The notes beneath the pieces were generated by a model. The model was not told where the DNA came from, did not search any database, and saw nothing but the letters and a program-made list of their open reading frames with translations. From the human T2T-CHM13v2.0 reference genome, Homo sapiens: DNA of 64,000 nt. The position numbers were made by a program, and so were the translations under genes. Positions within the stretch are counted from its first letter, which is position 1; each line of letters opens with the position of its first letter. The stretch is taken from assembly GCF_009914755.1 (NCBI RefSeq), contig NC_060940.1. One strand, written 5' to 3'. This document shows positions 14,304-28,950 of this stretch, piece after piece.

Positions 14304-14954
14304 TGTGATTGTTGATTTTGGGTGTCAACTTGACTAATTAGGGGATACCCAGATAGCTGGTGAAGCACTTTGTATTCTAAACCATTGCATTAATTATTCT
14401 CAACACACTGAGTCCATCTCTCTTCTGCTGAAAGGGAAACCCAGGTGGTTTGGCATTCACTTAGGATAATTGGGCCGCCGCAGGTGCATCTCTGAGGGTG
14501 TTGCTGGAGGAGATTGGCAGGTGAGCCGGTGCACTGAGTGGGGAAGATTCCTCCTTTATATGGGTGGGCAGCGTCCAATTGGCTGGGGTCTCAGAGGAAC
14601 AAAAAGGTAAAGGAAGGGTGAACTCTTACTATGTCTCTTCTGGAGGAGCTGGGATGCCCATATTTTCCTGCCCTTGGATTTCAGAACTCCAGGTTCTGGA
14701 GCCTTTGGGCTCTGGGACTTGCACCGATAGCCTCCTGGGCTCTCAGGCCTTTGGACTTGGACTGAGCCACACTACCATCTTCCCTGGTTTTCCAGCATGT
14801 AGACAGCCTGTTGTGAGCCTTCTCAGCCTTTATAAATGAGTGAACCAATTCCCTTAATAAATCCTTTCTTCTCTCTCTCTCTCTCTCAATCTCTCGATAT
14901 ATGTATGTGTATTTTCTATTGGTTCTGTCTCTCTAGACAACCCTGACAAAATCA
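14304..14954 (+). mobile_element. MLT2B-class ERVL solo LTR inserted in a MIR
   Basis: tgtgattgttgattttgggtgtcaacttgac...aataaatcc(ct)n...attggttctgtctctctagacaaccctgac; TSD ccta(c/g). Confidence 0.88.
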
Positions 14955-15000
14955 CCTAGTCTGCAGATCTACTGTGAAGATTAAATAAAAACACATTCCT

Positions 15001-15322
15001 GGCCAGGCGCAGTGGCTAATATCTGTAATCCCAGCAGTTTAGGAGGCTGAGGTGGGCTGATCACTTGAGGCCAGGGGTTCAAGCCAGCCTGGCCAACATG
15101 GTGAAACCCTGTCTCTACTAAAAATACAAAAAATTAGTTGGGCGTGGTGGCGCACGCCTGCAATCTCAGCTACTTAGGAGACTGAGGCACGAGAATCGCT
15201 TGAATCTGGGAGGTGGAGTTTGCAGTGAGCTGAGATCACGCCGTTGCACTCCAGCCTGGGCGAAAGACTGAGACTCTGTCTTGAAGTGAAAAACAAAAAA
15301 AAGCGAACAGAAAGAAAAAGAA
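15001..15322 (+). mobile_element. AluS
   Basis: Full dimer with A-rich tail. Confidence 0.95.
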
Positions 15323-15429
15323 AAAAGCATCCCTGAAAGTGCCTCATTCAGTGCCTGACAATTACTCAAGAAATGTTTGTTTTCTTTTGTTTCTTCTCGT
15401 GATCAGGCATTGCTTTGCGTTTCTTCTTG

Positions 15430-15655
15430 TAAAATTGTAGTTAAGTATATATAACATAATATTTGCCATTTAAACCATTTTAAGTTTACAATTCAGTGGC
15501 GTGAAGCACCTTCATACTGTTGTGTGACAGCTACCACTATTTATTTACAAAATTTTTATCATCTTCCTAAACAGAAACTCTATATCCTAAGCAATAACTT
15601 CTCATTTCCCCTGTTCCTAGTGTCTGGTAACCTCTGTTCTACTTTCTGCCTCTAA
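15430..15655 (-). mobile_element. L1MB 3' end
   Basis: atttgccatttaaaccatttt...tacaattcagtggc...ggtaacctctgttctactttctg. Confidence 0.8.
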
Positions 15656-15779
15656 ATGCTGCTGCTGAAGAGGCAGGGGAATGCAGGTGCAGAAAGGGAG
15701 CTGTGGGCCTTCAGCATGGAAGTGAAAGAGTGGATGTCTGTAGGTTTGAGTTAAAGTGTCTCCTGCTAAGACACTTTAA

Positions 15780-16109
<330 letters not shown>

Positions 16110-16316
16110 TGATATCTAATCCAGCCGTTACCCATGAATTTGCCTTCTCATGTTTGCCCACTAAGAGTAAATGATGCCTGTCCCCTCCCTGCACTCTGTG
16201 GATTGCTTGGAATTATTGAGTTAGAAATAAGAGCAACCTATTTGCATTGACTTATACCAAAAAAACAAAAAAACAAAACAAAACACTTTATCATATGGAG
16301 CCCAGGGTTCCTCCTT

Positions 16317-17210
<894 letters not shown>

Positions 17211-17344
17211 TCAGTCTTTGAGCTGGGTGCTAGGGCCCAGGGACAATCCAGGCCACGTGGACCTTGTCTTGGATGGGTTCCCAGCCTGGTGGGGAAAGAC
17301 TGACCGTTTCAGTGTCATATATTAAGTTCAAAGACAGACTTATT

Positions 17345-17772
17345 TTATTAGATAGGGAAAGTCACACTAGAGGCTGCAATCACAACTCTAAAATCTCAGT
17401 AACTTCCACAATAGAAGTTTGTTGTCCACAAGACAGTTTATGGTAGATGCTGGTTGGATGGCTTTCCACACAGTCATTCAGGGATCCAGGCTCCTTCAAC
17501 TCTGTGACTACATCATGCTCTGGGTCCTGGTGTTCCCTCCTAGACTCTCTGTATCCACCCAGCAGAGAGGGAAGGAGAGAGTGCAGAAGGTTTTCATGGG
17601 TCATCTCTGTGAGGGGCATATATCACATCTTCCAACATTTTGGTGGCCCGGGTGCAGTCACATGGCCTGACCTTACTACAAGGGAGGCTGGGAAATGTAG
17701 TTTAGCTATGTGCCCAGGAGGTAAAGCAAGTGGGGTTTGGCAAACACATGGCTGTGTTCTCTTTTTGCCATA
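17345..17772 (-). mobile_element. Old MLT1 (K/L-like) LTR
   Basis: cagtcattcagggatccaggctcc...gtcacatggcc...caagggaggctgggaaatgtagt. Confidence 0.7.
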
Positions 17773-18781
17773 GGTGTGCACAGGTCCAATAGGTGTGCCA
17801 TAGGTATGAACATGTGTTTATGTGCATAGGTGTGCGTGTAACCAGGTTTATGGAGGCACAGAGAAAAATCACTTAGCTCATTCTGGTAGTTGAGAAGGGC
17901 TTATGGGAGAAATGGTGCTTGAACTGTATCTTGAAGGAAAAGTAAAATTTAATGAGCTAAGAATGGGTGAGGTCATAACTCTAGACAAAGGTGCAGAGTT
18001 GGGAAGTACATGGGTATGGATCAGGGTACTCCAGCATTTGAGCAGGGAGCAGGAGAGATTGTGATGAGTGAGTTTAGCATTTTGCTGGAGTTTACAAAAG
18101 CTCAGAATAGAAAACAGTAAGTCCAAGAACAAGACCCTCGAAGGACTTGGTTTTATTTTACTTAGAAGTCTTTTAGAAGGCTCCGGAGTCTCCATAAAAT
18201 TCATCAAGTCTCACAGACACAGAGCTGCCATGTTTTCTGCTGCCTGATCTGTGCAATGCATCTTCAGAGAGAAGTTCTCCTAACATGCTTTTGTTCTGAA
18301 TCTCAGGAGAGGAGAGCTTGTAGAGATGATGTGCTCAGGCAGGTGTAGCCACGGGAATCTTCTTGTGTGACTGATTTTCAGGAGGTGGCTTGGAGTCTGC
18401 AGTAGGGTTTCCTGGCCACCCTTGATATCGGGACCACAACTTGAAGCTCCATGGTCTGAGTAGAGAGAGCTGGGGGCTCCAGGGAGTTTCCAGGAAGCCC
18501 TAGGCACGAGGGGGTTCTGGGCTGTGTGTGCGCAGCTGAACCCACCATTACATTCTGTCTCCTGCTGTTGCCCCAGGGGCGGCCCTGCCTCTGGCTGACC
18601 CTGGCTGTGGGCTGCCCTCTGCCCACAGAACAGCTGTCCTGGGGCTCTTCTGTCTATAGTCAGATGCTTTTATTTCCACGTGTTGCTGCTGCTGGTCCTG
18701 AGTTTCTCTTGGACTTAGGTCTCAGGGAAACTGTACTGTTTGCATCCAAGCACTGGAGACTGAATACATTTTAGCTGGACC

Positions 18782-18963
18782 CAGTTTCCCAAGCTCAGTA
18801 CTATAGACATTCAGGTCCTGGGCATTGTGGGATGCTGAACAGCATCTCTGGCCTCTCCCCACTAGATGCCAGTAATACCACCAACTAAAAATGTCTCCAG
18901 ACGTTGAATGTCTCCTGAGGGGTGGGAGTGAGAAGCAAAATTGACACTGGATGATCATTACTG
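18782..18963 (-). mobile_element. MER20 (hAT-Charlie)
   Basis: cagcatctctggcctctccccactagatgccagta...aaaaatgtctccagac, reverse complement of the MER20 core. Confidence 0.85.
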
Positions 18964-18976
18964 TACTAAAACATGA

Positions 18977-19285
<309 letters not shown>

Positions 19286-19629
19286 AAGAGATCACATTTT
19301 TAAAGCCACTAGGTTCTGGGTGGGTGGTTCTGCAGTAGATAGGGGAAGTGGTGGTGGCCGTCATGGTCCATCTTCCTCCTTCCACACCTGGGGCTACTGG
19401 TGGTGGTTTGAGTAAATGGAAACCTGGATTGCTGGCAACAGAAGAGAATGTGCACGGCGTGTGGCGTCTGTGACTCTCATGACGACCAGAGTCTGGGGAG
19501 AAGATTCTGAGCCTGTCTTCATCCAAGGTGACCTCTGTAGCACAGAGCAGGGACCCACACCTTGCTGCACGGCCTTACGGGGCACTGATTGCTCATTGCT
19601 CTCTTGCTACCCTGATGTGTCCTTTACAG

Positions 19630-19810
19630 ACTCCCTCTCGTCTCACCTTCAGATCTAACCATCTGTGGTAGATACTAGAGTGTCTCCATCCTACAGATGA
19701 AGAAGCTGAGGCTTAGGGGGCTTTAGCATGTTTCACAAGGCCTCAAAAATATAACCGGGACCTGAACCCTGACGCATCTGATTCCAAAGCTCAAGCTCTG
19801 AGTCATATTT
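19630..19810 (-). mobile_element. MIR
   Basis: ccatcctacagatgaagaagctgaggcttag...ctgattccaaagc. Confidence 0.6.
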
Positions 19811-20379
19811 TCCAGGTCTTGCTTGGCTCTTAACAGAAAGCTACTTGGGTTCCTTCCAGTTCTGGGAGCTTCTGAGAGAAAAACGTAATAAACACAAAAC
19901 TAGAAGCAATAGAAAGCTTTTAAGTAAGCCCAAGGGTAGATGGCTGAGGATTTCTCAGACTGCCTCTCAGATACATTCCTCACTCAACCTGCCTGCTCCT
20001 GGGGCTGGGGGACAGCAGAGATGTTCTAGGAACTGGCTTGTGTGTGTGCACGCCTAGGGGTTTGGGGTAGGATGAGCCTTTTGGTCTGGGTGCTGAGCCG
20101 GGTGCCCTGGGCATGGCCAGAGGTGCACTGTTAGCCTCTGTGGCTGCCGGTTTCTCATGATGGCATCCGTCCTTTCTTGGGGATCATCTTCTTTAATCCT
20201 CCGGCAAGACTAGGTCTCCAAATCAGATTGAACTGATGTAGGTGTGAGAATCCTCTTGCTCAAGCCCTTTTGTTCTCTTAGAGCAAGGGGACACTGGAGC
20301 CCCCAGTCTTCCCCATCCTTCAAGGGTCAGCTCAAATCCCGTGGTTCCTATGACACCTCCCCCAGTGATCTCCTTATGA

Positions 20380-20830
20380 GTCATGCGACTTCTAATGTAT
20401 CATTTTCTTTCTCTGACCCACAGTTTACAATGTGAAAAATAGAAGGTTTCACTGTACCTACCTTATTCTACTTATTTTGAGAGTTAAATGTTATAATGCA
20501 CTTAGGGCACTTAGCAGAGCAGTAATCACTCACCTGTCATACTGATTGTTTTCAGTGGTTTCTCTTCCGGCATGAATGGGTGGTTTTGTCTCCAGAACTT
20601 CTTTTGTCCTCAGAGTCTGAGGTCCTGGGGGCATGGAGTTGTGTAGATGAGTGTGGGCTTCAAAGTCAGACCTGACTCCCCACTCCCTAGCTGGATCTCC
20701 TTGGATAAGTCATTCTGCCTCTCTGTGCCTCAGTTTCCTCACCTGCAAAATGCAATGGGAACATCTCCCTGATAAGGATCAAGTGATTTAATGCTTTGAA
20801 AATGCTTAGCACAGTCTGGACATATGACAA
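20380..20830 (+). mobile_element. Two MIR fragments (about 20380-20530 and 20650-20830)
   Basis: ctctctgtgcctcagtttcctcacctgcaaaatg; gcacttagcagag. Confidence 0.6.
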
Positions 20831-20849
20831 AGTGCTGTATGCGTACATA

Positions 20850-21086
20850 TTAAGAGAAATGCATTTCTTGCCGACTCAGTACATATGAGTAAAATGTACA
20901 GATGGGTGGAATGTGTGGCTTTCTCACAGTGCTTACCTTTACTATGGGCGATGCACATTCTTTCTTTCCTTTCTCCTCCCCTTCCTCTTTTACCATTTTA
21001 CCAAAAAGCATGGCTGGTCATGATGACCCAACGAATTGATTTCATGACCCATGAATGGGTCGTGACCCGCAGTTCGAAAAACTCTG
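20850..21086 (-). mobile_element. hAT-Charlie-type MITE (subfamily uncertain)
   Basis: Terminus gatttcatgacccatgaatgggtcgtgacccgcagttcgaaaaactctg. Confidence 0.6.
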
Positions 21087-21850
21087 CTGCGGTGACCCTG
21101 GCCTCCAGCCTTGCTCATGTTAATTACGTGGGTTCTCTGGCATCTGAAACATCTGGCCCTGCATCAGCGGCCTTGCCTCATTGTCTCTGCCCCACTGGGC
21201 TCTGCAGATGCATTGCTCTGTGCACCTTTGCTAGCGTCAGATTAATTAGACATTTCAGAAGAGATCGACTTTTAAAGCAATAGCTTCATTAGCATGGATG
21301 TGCTGGAAGCTCTGAAAAGTAAAACTTAGTTATTTATATGTTAATAAGCTAACCCGGGCTTCAAAAGCCAGCTGATGAGCTCTGGCATTTCTTGAATTCA
21401 TCTTCAACAAAACCGATTCCTACACAGCTGTGACGGTTGGCCTTACTGATAGTTCTGTGAACATCTCCCCATCACCAGGGTTCTGTGCCAACTGGCTGAG
21501 TGTCCCTGTAACATAGACTGGGGATAAATGGGTTCAGCAGCGTTGTGATGGCAGGGACAATGGGAAATCCCTTAATTAGGAACTGAGTTTTGTAATTCTG
21601 ACAGAGACGATGTTATTTTTGGTGAGCTGTCATATTACACGTGTATAGTGCTTAATGATTTTGAAAGTGCTTTCCCCTACACTGTCTCAGATGGGCATCA
21701 CACGAGTCTCTTTTAGTGTTGTGTCTCTTTGCAAAGTGTTTGCCAGTGCTTCTGCCCAGCACCTGCCTCCTCCTAGTGTTGGGGGAGGGGGCGGGGGCTG
21801 GATCAGCAGCACGGGCATCACCTGGAAGCTCCTTGGAAATAGAGAATTCT

Positions 21851-22154
<304 letters not shown>

Positions 22155-22194
22155 CTAGCCCTGCCCCAAACCTTATTAGAACCTACATTATCAG

Positions 22195-22751
22195 TATTCA
22201 CAATAGCAAAGACATGGAATCAACCTCAGTGCCCATCAGTGGTAGATTGGATAAAGAAAATGTGGTCCATATATACCATGAAATGTTACGCAGCCATACA
22301 AAGAACGAAATCATGTCCTTTGCAGGAACATAGATGGAGCTAGAGGCCATTATCCTTAGCAAACTAACACAAGAATAGAAAACCAAATACCACTTGTTCT
22401 CACTTATAAGTGGGAGCTAAATGATGAACTCACGGACACATAGAGGGGAACAACTGACACTGGAGCCTCTGGAAGGGTGGAGGGTGGATAATGGGAGGGA
22501 AGGAAGAGGGAGAAGATTGGAGAAAATAACTATCATTTACTAGACTTAGTGGTACTACACTGCCAAACCCATTTATCCCCAGTCTTTGTCACAGGGACAC
22601 TCAGCCAGCTGGCCACAGAACCCTGGTGATGGGCAGGTGTTCCCAGATCTATCAGCAAGATACAGTATTTGGGTGAAATCTGTACAACAAACAGAAGTCT
22701 ACCTATGTGACAAACCTGCACATGAGCCGCTAAACTTAAAAGTTAAAAAAA
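22195..22751 (+). mobile_element. L1PA13-16/L1PB-like 3' end carrying a foreign insert
   Basis: tattcacaatagcaaagacatggaatcaacc...caaacctgcacatg...aaaagttaaaaaaa; TSD ag(a/t)acct(a/g)catt. Confidence 0.9.
22554..22659 (-). repeat. Inverted copy of unique sequence 21442-21546
   Basis: Manual reverse-complement alignment, about 93/106 identical. Confidence 0.9.
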
Positions 22752-23094
22752 GTACCTGCATTGGAACAGGTGGTTTACACACTCACTGACGCTTAAGAAG
22801 CGCTGCTCTACAACACCTTCCCTTTCTCTCCCTCCTGTGTGCTTGGCCCTTCTTCTCTTCCTCTTTTCTCTCTTCCCCTTCCCTCTTCTTCTCTCCTCCC
22901 TGTTTGTCACCTCTTTTTTCCTTTCCCCAACTACTTGTAATAGCTGCAGGTTTACAGGCATGGCTCTGACACATGGAAACACGAGACTCACTTGTCCTTT
23001 GTATCTGCATTTACTTTTCTTTGACAAGATCCTATTCCTGCACAGTTGTGTGAAAACTAAATTTAGTGCAATCCAGTAAATTTTCTACCACATT

Positions 23095-23845
23095 TGTTTT
23101 TAATTTTATTTTTAAATTAACGTACAGTAAAATTGCCGTTTTTTGGATGTACGGTTCTATGAATTTTAACACATATATAGATTTGCATATCTATCACTAT
23201 AGTCAGGGTAAAGAACAGCTCCATCCACCCCCAAACACTACCCTGTGATAGCCCTCTGAAGTCATATCCTGCCCCACTGATGATCCACTCATCTGTTTTT
23301 TGTCCCTATGGTTTTGTTTTTTCAAGAATGTCCTATAAATGAAACCATGTAGTATGCAACCTTTTCAGACTAGCTGCTTTCCTTTAGTGTAATGTCTTGA
23401 GCATCACACAAGTGGTTGTGTGTACCAATAGTTAGTCCCTTTAGACTAGTATTCCATTGTATGGATATACTGCAGTTTGTTTATCCATTCACCCTCTGAG
23501 GGATATTTGAGTTTGTTTTCCGTTTTTGGCAATTTGAAATAGAGCTTCTGTACACATTCATGAACAGGTTTTTGTTTAAACATAAGTTTTCATTTCTTAA
23601 GGGTAAATACCTAGAAATGGAAATGCTAGGTCCTATTGTGCTTACTGGAGTATTTAAGTGTCTTTAAACAGCTTGGCATTATATAATTTAGCTTACATAC
23701 TTATATAAGAGTTTGGCATCAGAGTTTTTACACTCCCGTCAGACAGCAGTGTATGAGAGTTCCAGTTGCTCCACATCCTTGTCAGCACTTGGTATCGTCA
23801 GCATTTTTAATTTAGCCATTCTGATAGGCATGTCCTAGGATCTTG
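23095..23845 (-). mobile_element. L1MC/ME-class 3' portion
   Basis: tacggttctatgaattttaacac...agaatgtcctataaatgaaacc...gagagttccagttgctccacatcc. Confidence 0.85.
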
Positions 23846-24559
23846 TAACCTGTTTAACCTTTTCTATTTTGCAATACTTACCCTCCTTCTATAGGTGGGA
23901 TATTGTAAATTCAGAGAGCCAATGTGGCTAGCAGAGCCTCAAACTAACAGCTTTCGGATGTATGTGGGAGCCAGGTAATTCTCCCCACCAAACAGACTCA
24001 GAGGTTTACTCAAAGGTCATGTGAGCACCAAAAAATAATAAAATACATGTCCAAGTCCCCTTCTACTATTTTGAGCCCCATCCATACACTTGAGGCTGGG
24101 GAGAGTTCAGGAGAACAGTGTTTCTGTTGCATTCATTTGCTCAATAATAACCTCTTCTGAGCTCTGGCATTTCAGATAGGCTGTGACCAGAGTGTGTGTG
24201 CCCTGGTACGATGCACTCCCTGCCCATTCTAGACTTCATTATCACAGAACATGGAAAGCAGATGTTCTTCATTTTTCCTAGCTAGATTTCAGAGGGCTGT
24301 GACTCATCCAAGATCTGTAGGCATCTTTATTTAGCAGAGGTTATCCGTTCCAATTAAAAAGAGAAACATTTTTAAGCGGTGGCTGTTAATTCAAAACCTG
24401 GCAGCCTTGATGATGATGATGTCTGGCAATGAATGGAGGAGGGAACATATCAGAAAGCCTTCTGCCTGCTAGGCACTATCTGCTAATTCCATTTTAATAT
24501 CAGACGTCCAAATGATTGATATTATATCTCAGCAGAAAGCCCAGCACGAGCTCAGGATA

Positions 24560-24780
24560 TTAATTCATTAATTCATTTGTCCAATATCGAGCCAGGCACT
24601 GTCCTAGGAACTGGGGGTAAACAGCAAACAAAACACAAACATCCATTCTTTGTAAAGCAGAAGTTCTGCTTCAGGGAGGTATTGATCATTAGATTTTGTT
24701 AGAAAGCCAGAAAATGCTATGGGAAAAGTAAAGTAGAACAAGGAGATCGGTAGTTCTGACCGAGGAGCTGAATACTTATT
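24560..24780 (-). mobile_element. L2 fragment
   Basis: ttcattaattcatttgtcc...ccaggcactgtcctaggaactggggg. Confidence 0.6.
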
Positions 24781-24824
24781 ATTTATGGAACAACTGGGAA
24801 TGGCAGTTTCTGAGTGATCATTGA

Positions 24825-25060
24825 ATAGGTTTTCACCTGGAGATTCCAAAAATTTGGTGTGTAGATCCCCTGCATCAAAATGCCATGGAGACCTGTGAAA
24901 CTGGCCAGACCCTGCACCAATCTGCTGAATGGGACCCTGCCCCATGTCCCTGCCTCTCTATTGAGTCTGTATCCCTGGAGAGAAGCCTTGGGGAATCTGT
25001 GTAGCCCACAAACTTCCCTGGTAATTGTGAAGCACCCTGAAGTTTAAGGACCACTCTCTT
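24825..25060. mobile_element. MER5-like MITE
   Basis: cctgcatcaaaatgccatggagacctgtgaaa...caaacttccctggtaattgtga...gtttaaggaccact. Confidence 0.5.
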
Positions 25061-25787
25061 AAGAATGCAAGTTTAAAATAGGATGCATGCTTTCAGTCCC
25101 AGGAAATGATCAAAATCGTCTAAAACTGGGTCCAATTAAAAGCGTGTTCACTCGTTCAAGTCTTGACACTGCCTGACTTTGAAACTTGCAAATGTTAACT
25201 TTGCAGCAGCTGCTGCTTAATTTTAGCCCTCAGAGAGAAACGCCCCAATCTGCACAATAGGTTTCTGGTACCCTGGTTGGCAAACATCCTCCCCTACTTC
25301 CCCACTACATGCCAAGGGCCAGAGCTTCCTAACTTTGGAAACAGAATGTAGCAGCATCCCCCTCCCCGATTCCCTGGCCTCAGCAGTGAGCTGCCCTACT
25401 TTGCAAAATGAGAGTCTCTTACCTCATTAAGCCAAGCGAAAATGAATTACACAAAGATAATTTTCCTGTTAGTACCCCTTGTAAAGCCACCAGCAGACTC
25501 ATCCATAGTTAAAACATCTCTTTGTAAGCTGAATGGTTCTGTGGTCTGGGAGGGATGGGAAGTAAGGCTTAAAAATGGTTGTATCCCTTTCTGGCTTTCC
25601 ATATTGTTTCTCTGATTATTTCTACGAGTGAGGAGAATCCCAGGAGAAAAGGAGAGGTATTTTGGAAGAGCTGAAGACCCCGTGTAGTGACTGAAAGTCC
25701 TAAAACAAATGCAGCCCCCATGTTGCTTAGGAGTCCAGGCACCAGGAGACGTGGATTTCTTGGGCAAAATGAAAGCCCTTTTGTGCC

Positions 25788-26166
25788 TGTTATGGGCTGA
25801 ATTGTGTCCCTGCAAATTCATATGTTGAAGCCCTAACTACCAGTACCTCTGAATATGACTTACTTGGAGATGGAACTTGTAAAGAAGCAATTAAGTTAAA
25901 TAAGGCTTTTAAAGGGGCCCCTAATCCAATCTGATCAGCGTTTTTATAAGAGGGGATTTTGACACACGAAGAGACTGCAACGATGCATGCATAGAGGAAA
26001 GGCTGTCTGCAAGCCAGGAGACGCTCTGACCTTAGAAAAAAATCAAATCTACCAACACGTTGATCTGGGACTTCTAGCCTACAGAATTGTGAGGAAGTAC
26101 ATTTCTGTAATTTAAGCCACCTAGTCTGTGTGATTTTGTTATGCTTGCCCTAGCAAACTGATGGAA
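25788..26166 (+). mobile_element. MLT1A/B solo LTR
   Basis: tgttatgggctgaattgtgtccc...tttaagccacctagtctgtg...gccctagcaaactga. Confidence 0.88.
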
Positions 26167-26319
26167 TGCCTTCAAGAATAACTCAGCCTCGATGACAAAG
26201 CATTGCTAATGTCCCAGAGACAGAGGCAGAGCTTCTTCTGGGTCATTTGAGTCAATGAAACATACCTTTTATGAGGTCCACCAAGCCCCATGCCTGTCTG
26301 CACGTGGAAGATCTAATGA

Positions 26320-26680
26320 GATGCTCTCCAGCCCTGCCATGCCCTTTTTGGTCCCAGCCTCCTGCGGAGCTGCCAGTGGACCATTTAAGCCCACCCCCTG
26401 GACACAGCTGATTGGCCCAAAAGTGGCCATCCGATTCAAGCTCAGCCAATCAGATTTTTACATGCAAGAATCAGCCACGAGAATGTGAAATTCACAAAGA
26501 GAAGGGAGAACTCATGGCCCCAGACAGGGAAATTAACCATTAGGCTGCCTTGATTCCGGGTCCTACCCAGTTCCTGAGTACCCTTGATGCTATTCCTACC
26601 CTTAGTTTCCAGGAGATGCTTCCGAATACTTTATTTCTCATAAATCTGTCTCTTGGTCTAAGCTAGCTTATTAATATTAT
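26320..26680 (+). mobile_element. ERVL LTR fragment (LTR16/LTR33 class)
   Basis: cacagctgattggccc...caagctcagccaatcagatt. Confidence 0.5.
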
Positions 26681-26840
26681 TTAATAACAACAGCTAAAAT
26701 GTAGCCAGGCACCATGCTGAAAGTTTTACATATATTGTTTTATTTGATTCTCACGAATCCCATGGAGTAGTTTCCGTTATTATTTCCATTTATAAATGGA
26801 AACTGAAGTTCACAAAGGTTATGTAACTAAAGTTGAAAAC

Positions 26841-27227
26841 CGTATTAGTTTGTTCTTGCACTGCTTTAAAGAAATACCTGACACTGGGTAATTTATTAAG
26901 AAAAGAGGTTTAATTGTCTCATGGTTCCACAGGCTGTACAGGAAGCATGACTGGGGAGACCTCGAGAAACTTACAGTCATGGTGGAAGGTGAAGGGGAAG
27001 CAGACATGTCTTCACATGGCCAGAGCAGGAGGAGAGGAGAAAGGGGAAGGGACTACCCACTTTTAAATAACCAGATCTCACAATAACTCACTCCGTATGA
27101 CAAGAACAGCACCAAAGGGGAAATCTGCCCCCATGATCCAGTCAGCTCCCACCAGGCCCCACCTCCAACACTGGGGATTACAATTTGACATGAGATTTGG
27201 GTGGGGACACAGACCCGAACCATATCA
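26841..27227 (-). mobile_element. MSTA-like solo LTR inserted in a MIR
   Basis: cgtattagtttgttcttgcactgc...gatttgggtggggacacagacccgaaccatatca; TSD aaaac. Confidence 0.9.
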
Positions 27228-27270
27228 AAAACTGAGGTCCGAAAAACTTACATAATTTATTCAAGTTTAC

Positions 27271-27874
27271 TGTCTTAGTCTGTTTGGACTGTTATAACAA
27301 AATAACATTAATTAGTTAGCTTATAAACAATAGAAATTCATTTCTCAGTTCTGGCAGCTGTGAAGTCCAAGATCAAGACATATGTGGGCCGGGCGCGGTG
27401 GCTTACGCCTGTAATCCCAGCACTTTGGGAGGCTGAGGCGGGTGGATCAGGAGGTCAGGAGATCGAGACCATCCTGGCTAACATGGTGAAACCCCGTCTC
27501 TACTAAAAAAGTCCAAAAATATTAGCCAGGTGTGATGGCAGGCACCTGTAGTGATGTGATGTGATGGCGTGAATCCGGGAGGTGGAGCTTGCAGTGAGCT
27601 GAGTTCATGCCACTGCACTCCAGCCTGGGTGACAGAGCGAGACTCCGTCTCAAAAAAAAAAAAGACCGATGCGGTGTCTGATGAGTGCCTTCTTGCCGTG
27701 TCCTCACATGGTACAAGGGACCCGTGAACTCTCTGAGGCTTCTTTTGGAAGGACATTGATCTCATTCATGAGATCTAATTATTTCCTAGGGGCCACACCT
27801 CCAAATACCATCGCTTTCAGGGTTGCAATTTCAACATACACATTTTGGGGGGATATAAACATTAGTCCATTGCA
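27271..27874 (-). mobile_element. MLT1A/MST-like LTR, split by AluY
   Basis: tgtcttagtctgtttgg...aagtccaagatcaag...cctccaaataccatc...aaacattagtccattgca. Confidence 0.8.
27387..27661 (+). mobile_element. AluY with internal deletion scar
   Basis: gagatcgagaccatcctggctaac, ggcgtgaa, agcttgcag diagnostics. Confidence 0.95.
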
Positions 27875-28045
27875 GTTGCATAGCTAGTAAGTAGAAGAAC
27901 CAGGATGCAAACTCAGCGAATCTAACCTTAGTCTCCTTCTTTTAACTGCTATGCTAAGCTCTTTAAATTCTATTTATTTCTGGAATTTACTAGAATAAAA
28001 ATTATAAATTGGTTTATCCCCTCTTGCTTTTTAAGATGACTTTAA

Positions 28046-28383
<338 letters not shown>

Positions 28384-28950
28384 TAATGAGAAACCCTGTG
28401 GCCACAGCAGACAAGGAGCATCATTTAAGGATGTTAAAAGAGCACTGTTTCAGGAATGATGTGGAGAGGAAAAGTCCCCAAAGCAAACTCTGCAAGGTGG
28501 AGGCTGCTAAAAATTTCTCCATTGCCTGTGTACTCAAGCCTGGTCCAATTCAGGTTTTTTTGTTTGTTTGTTTTGTTTTTTCCCTTCTCAGAACAGGGAT
28601 ATTCTTTAGATAGCAAAGCACAAATACCCAGGCTCTCTGGTGGTTTTTTCCAATTAAATTTAAGTCACCTTCTCTATATGAAAGGCCTACTTGGTATCAG
28701 GCACCAAACTCTGAGGATCTGGAGGTGATGTGGCTCTAGGAGAAAGGGGAGAGAGGGAGGTAAACCCACACATTACCATGGAGCATTTTTGGTCCGCTGT
28801 ATAACTTACGTGGACTCCTCCGGATAGGGTAAGCCTGGAATTGGACATTGGTTATTTAATCTGTTTGGCTTGGCTTGGCCCAGCTTGGGAAGGTTTGCTA
28901 AATTCGTTCATCACCAGATGGTTGTCATGTATCTCACGTGCTTTGGGCTT

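Noticed and set aside
21781-21801. G-run cluster as a G-quadruplex or Sp1 promoter
   Set aside because: Only three long G-tracts, with no CpG island or other promoter evidence
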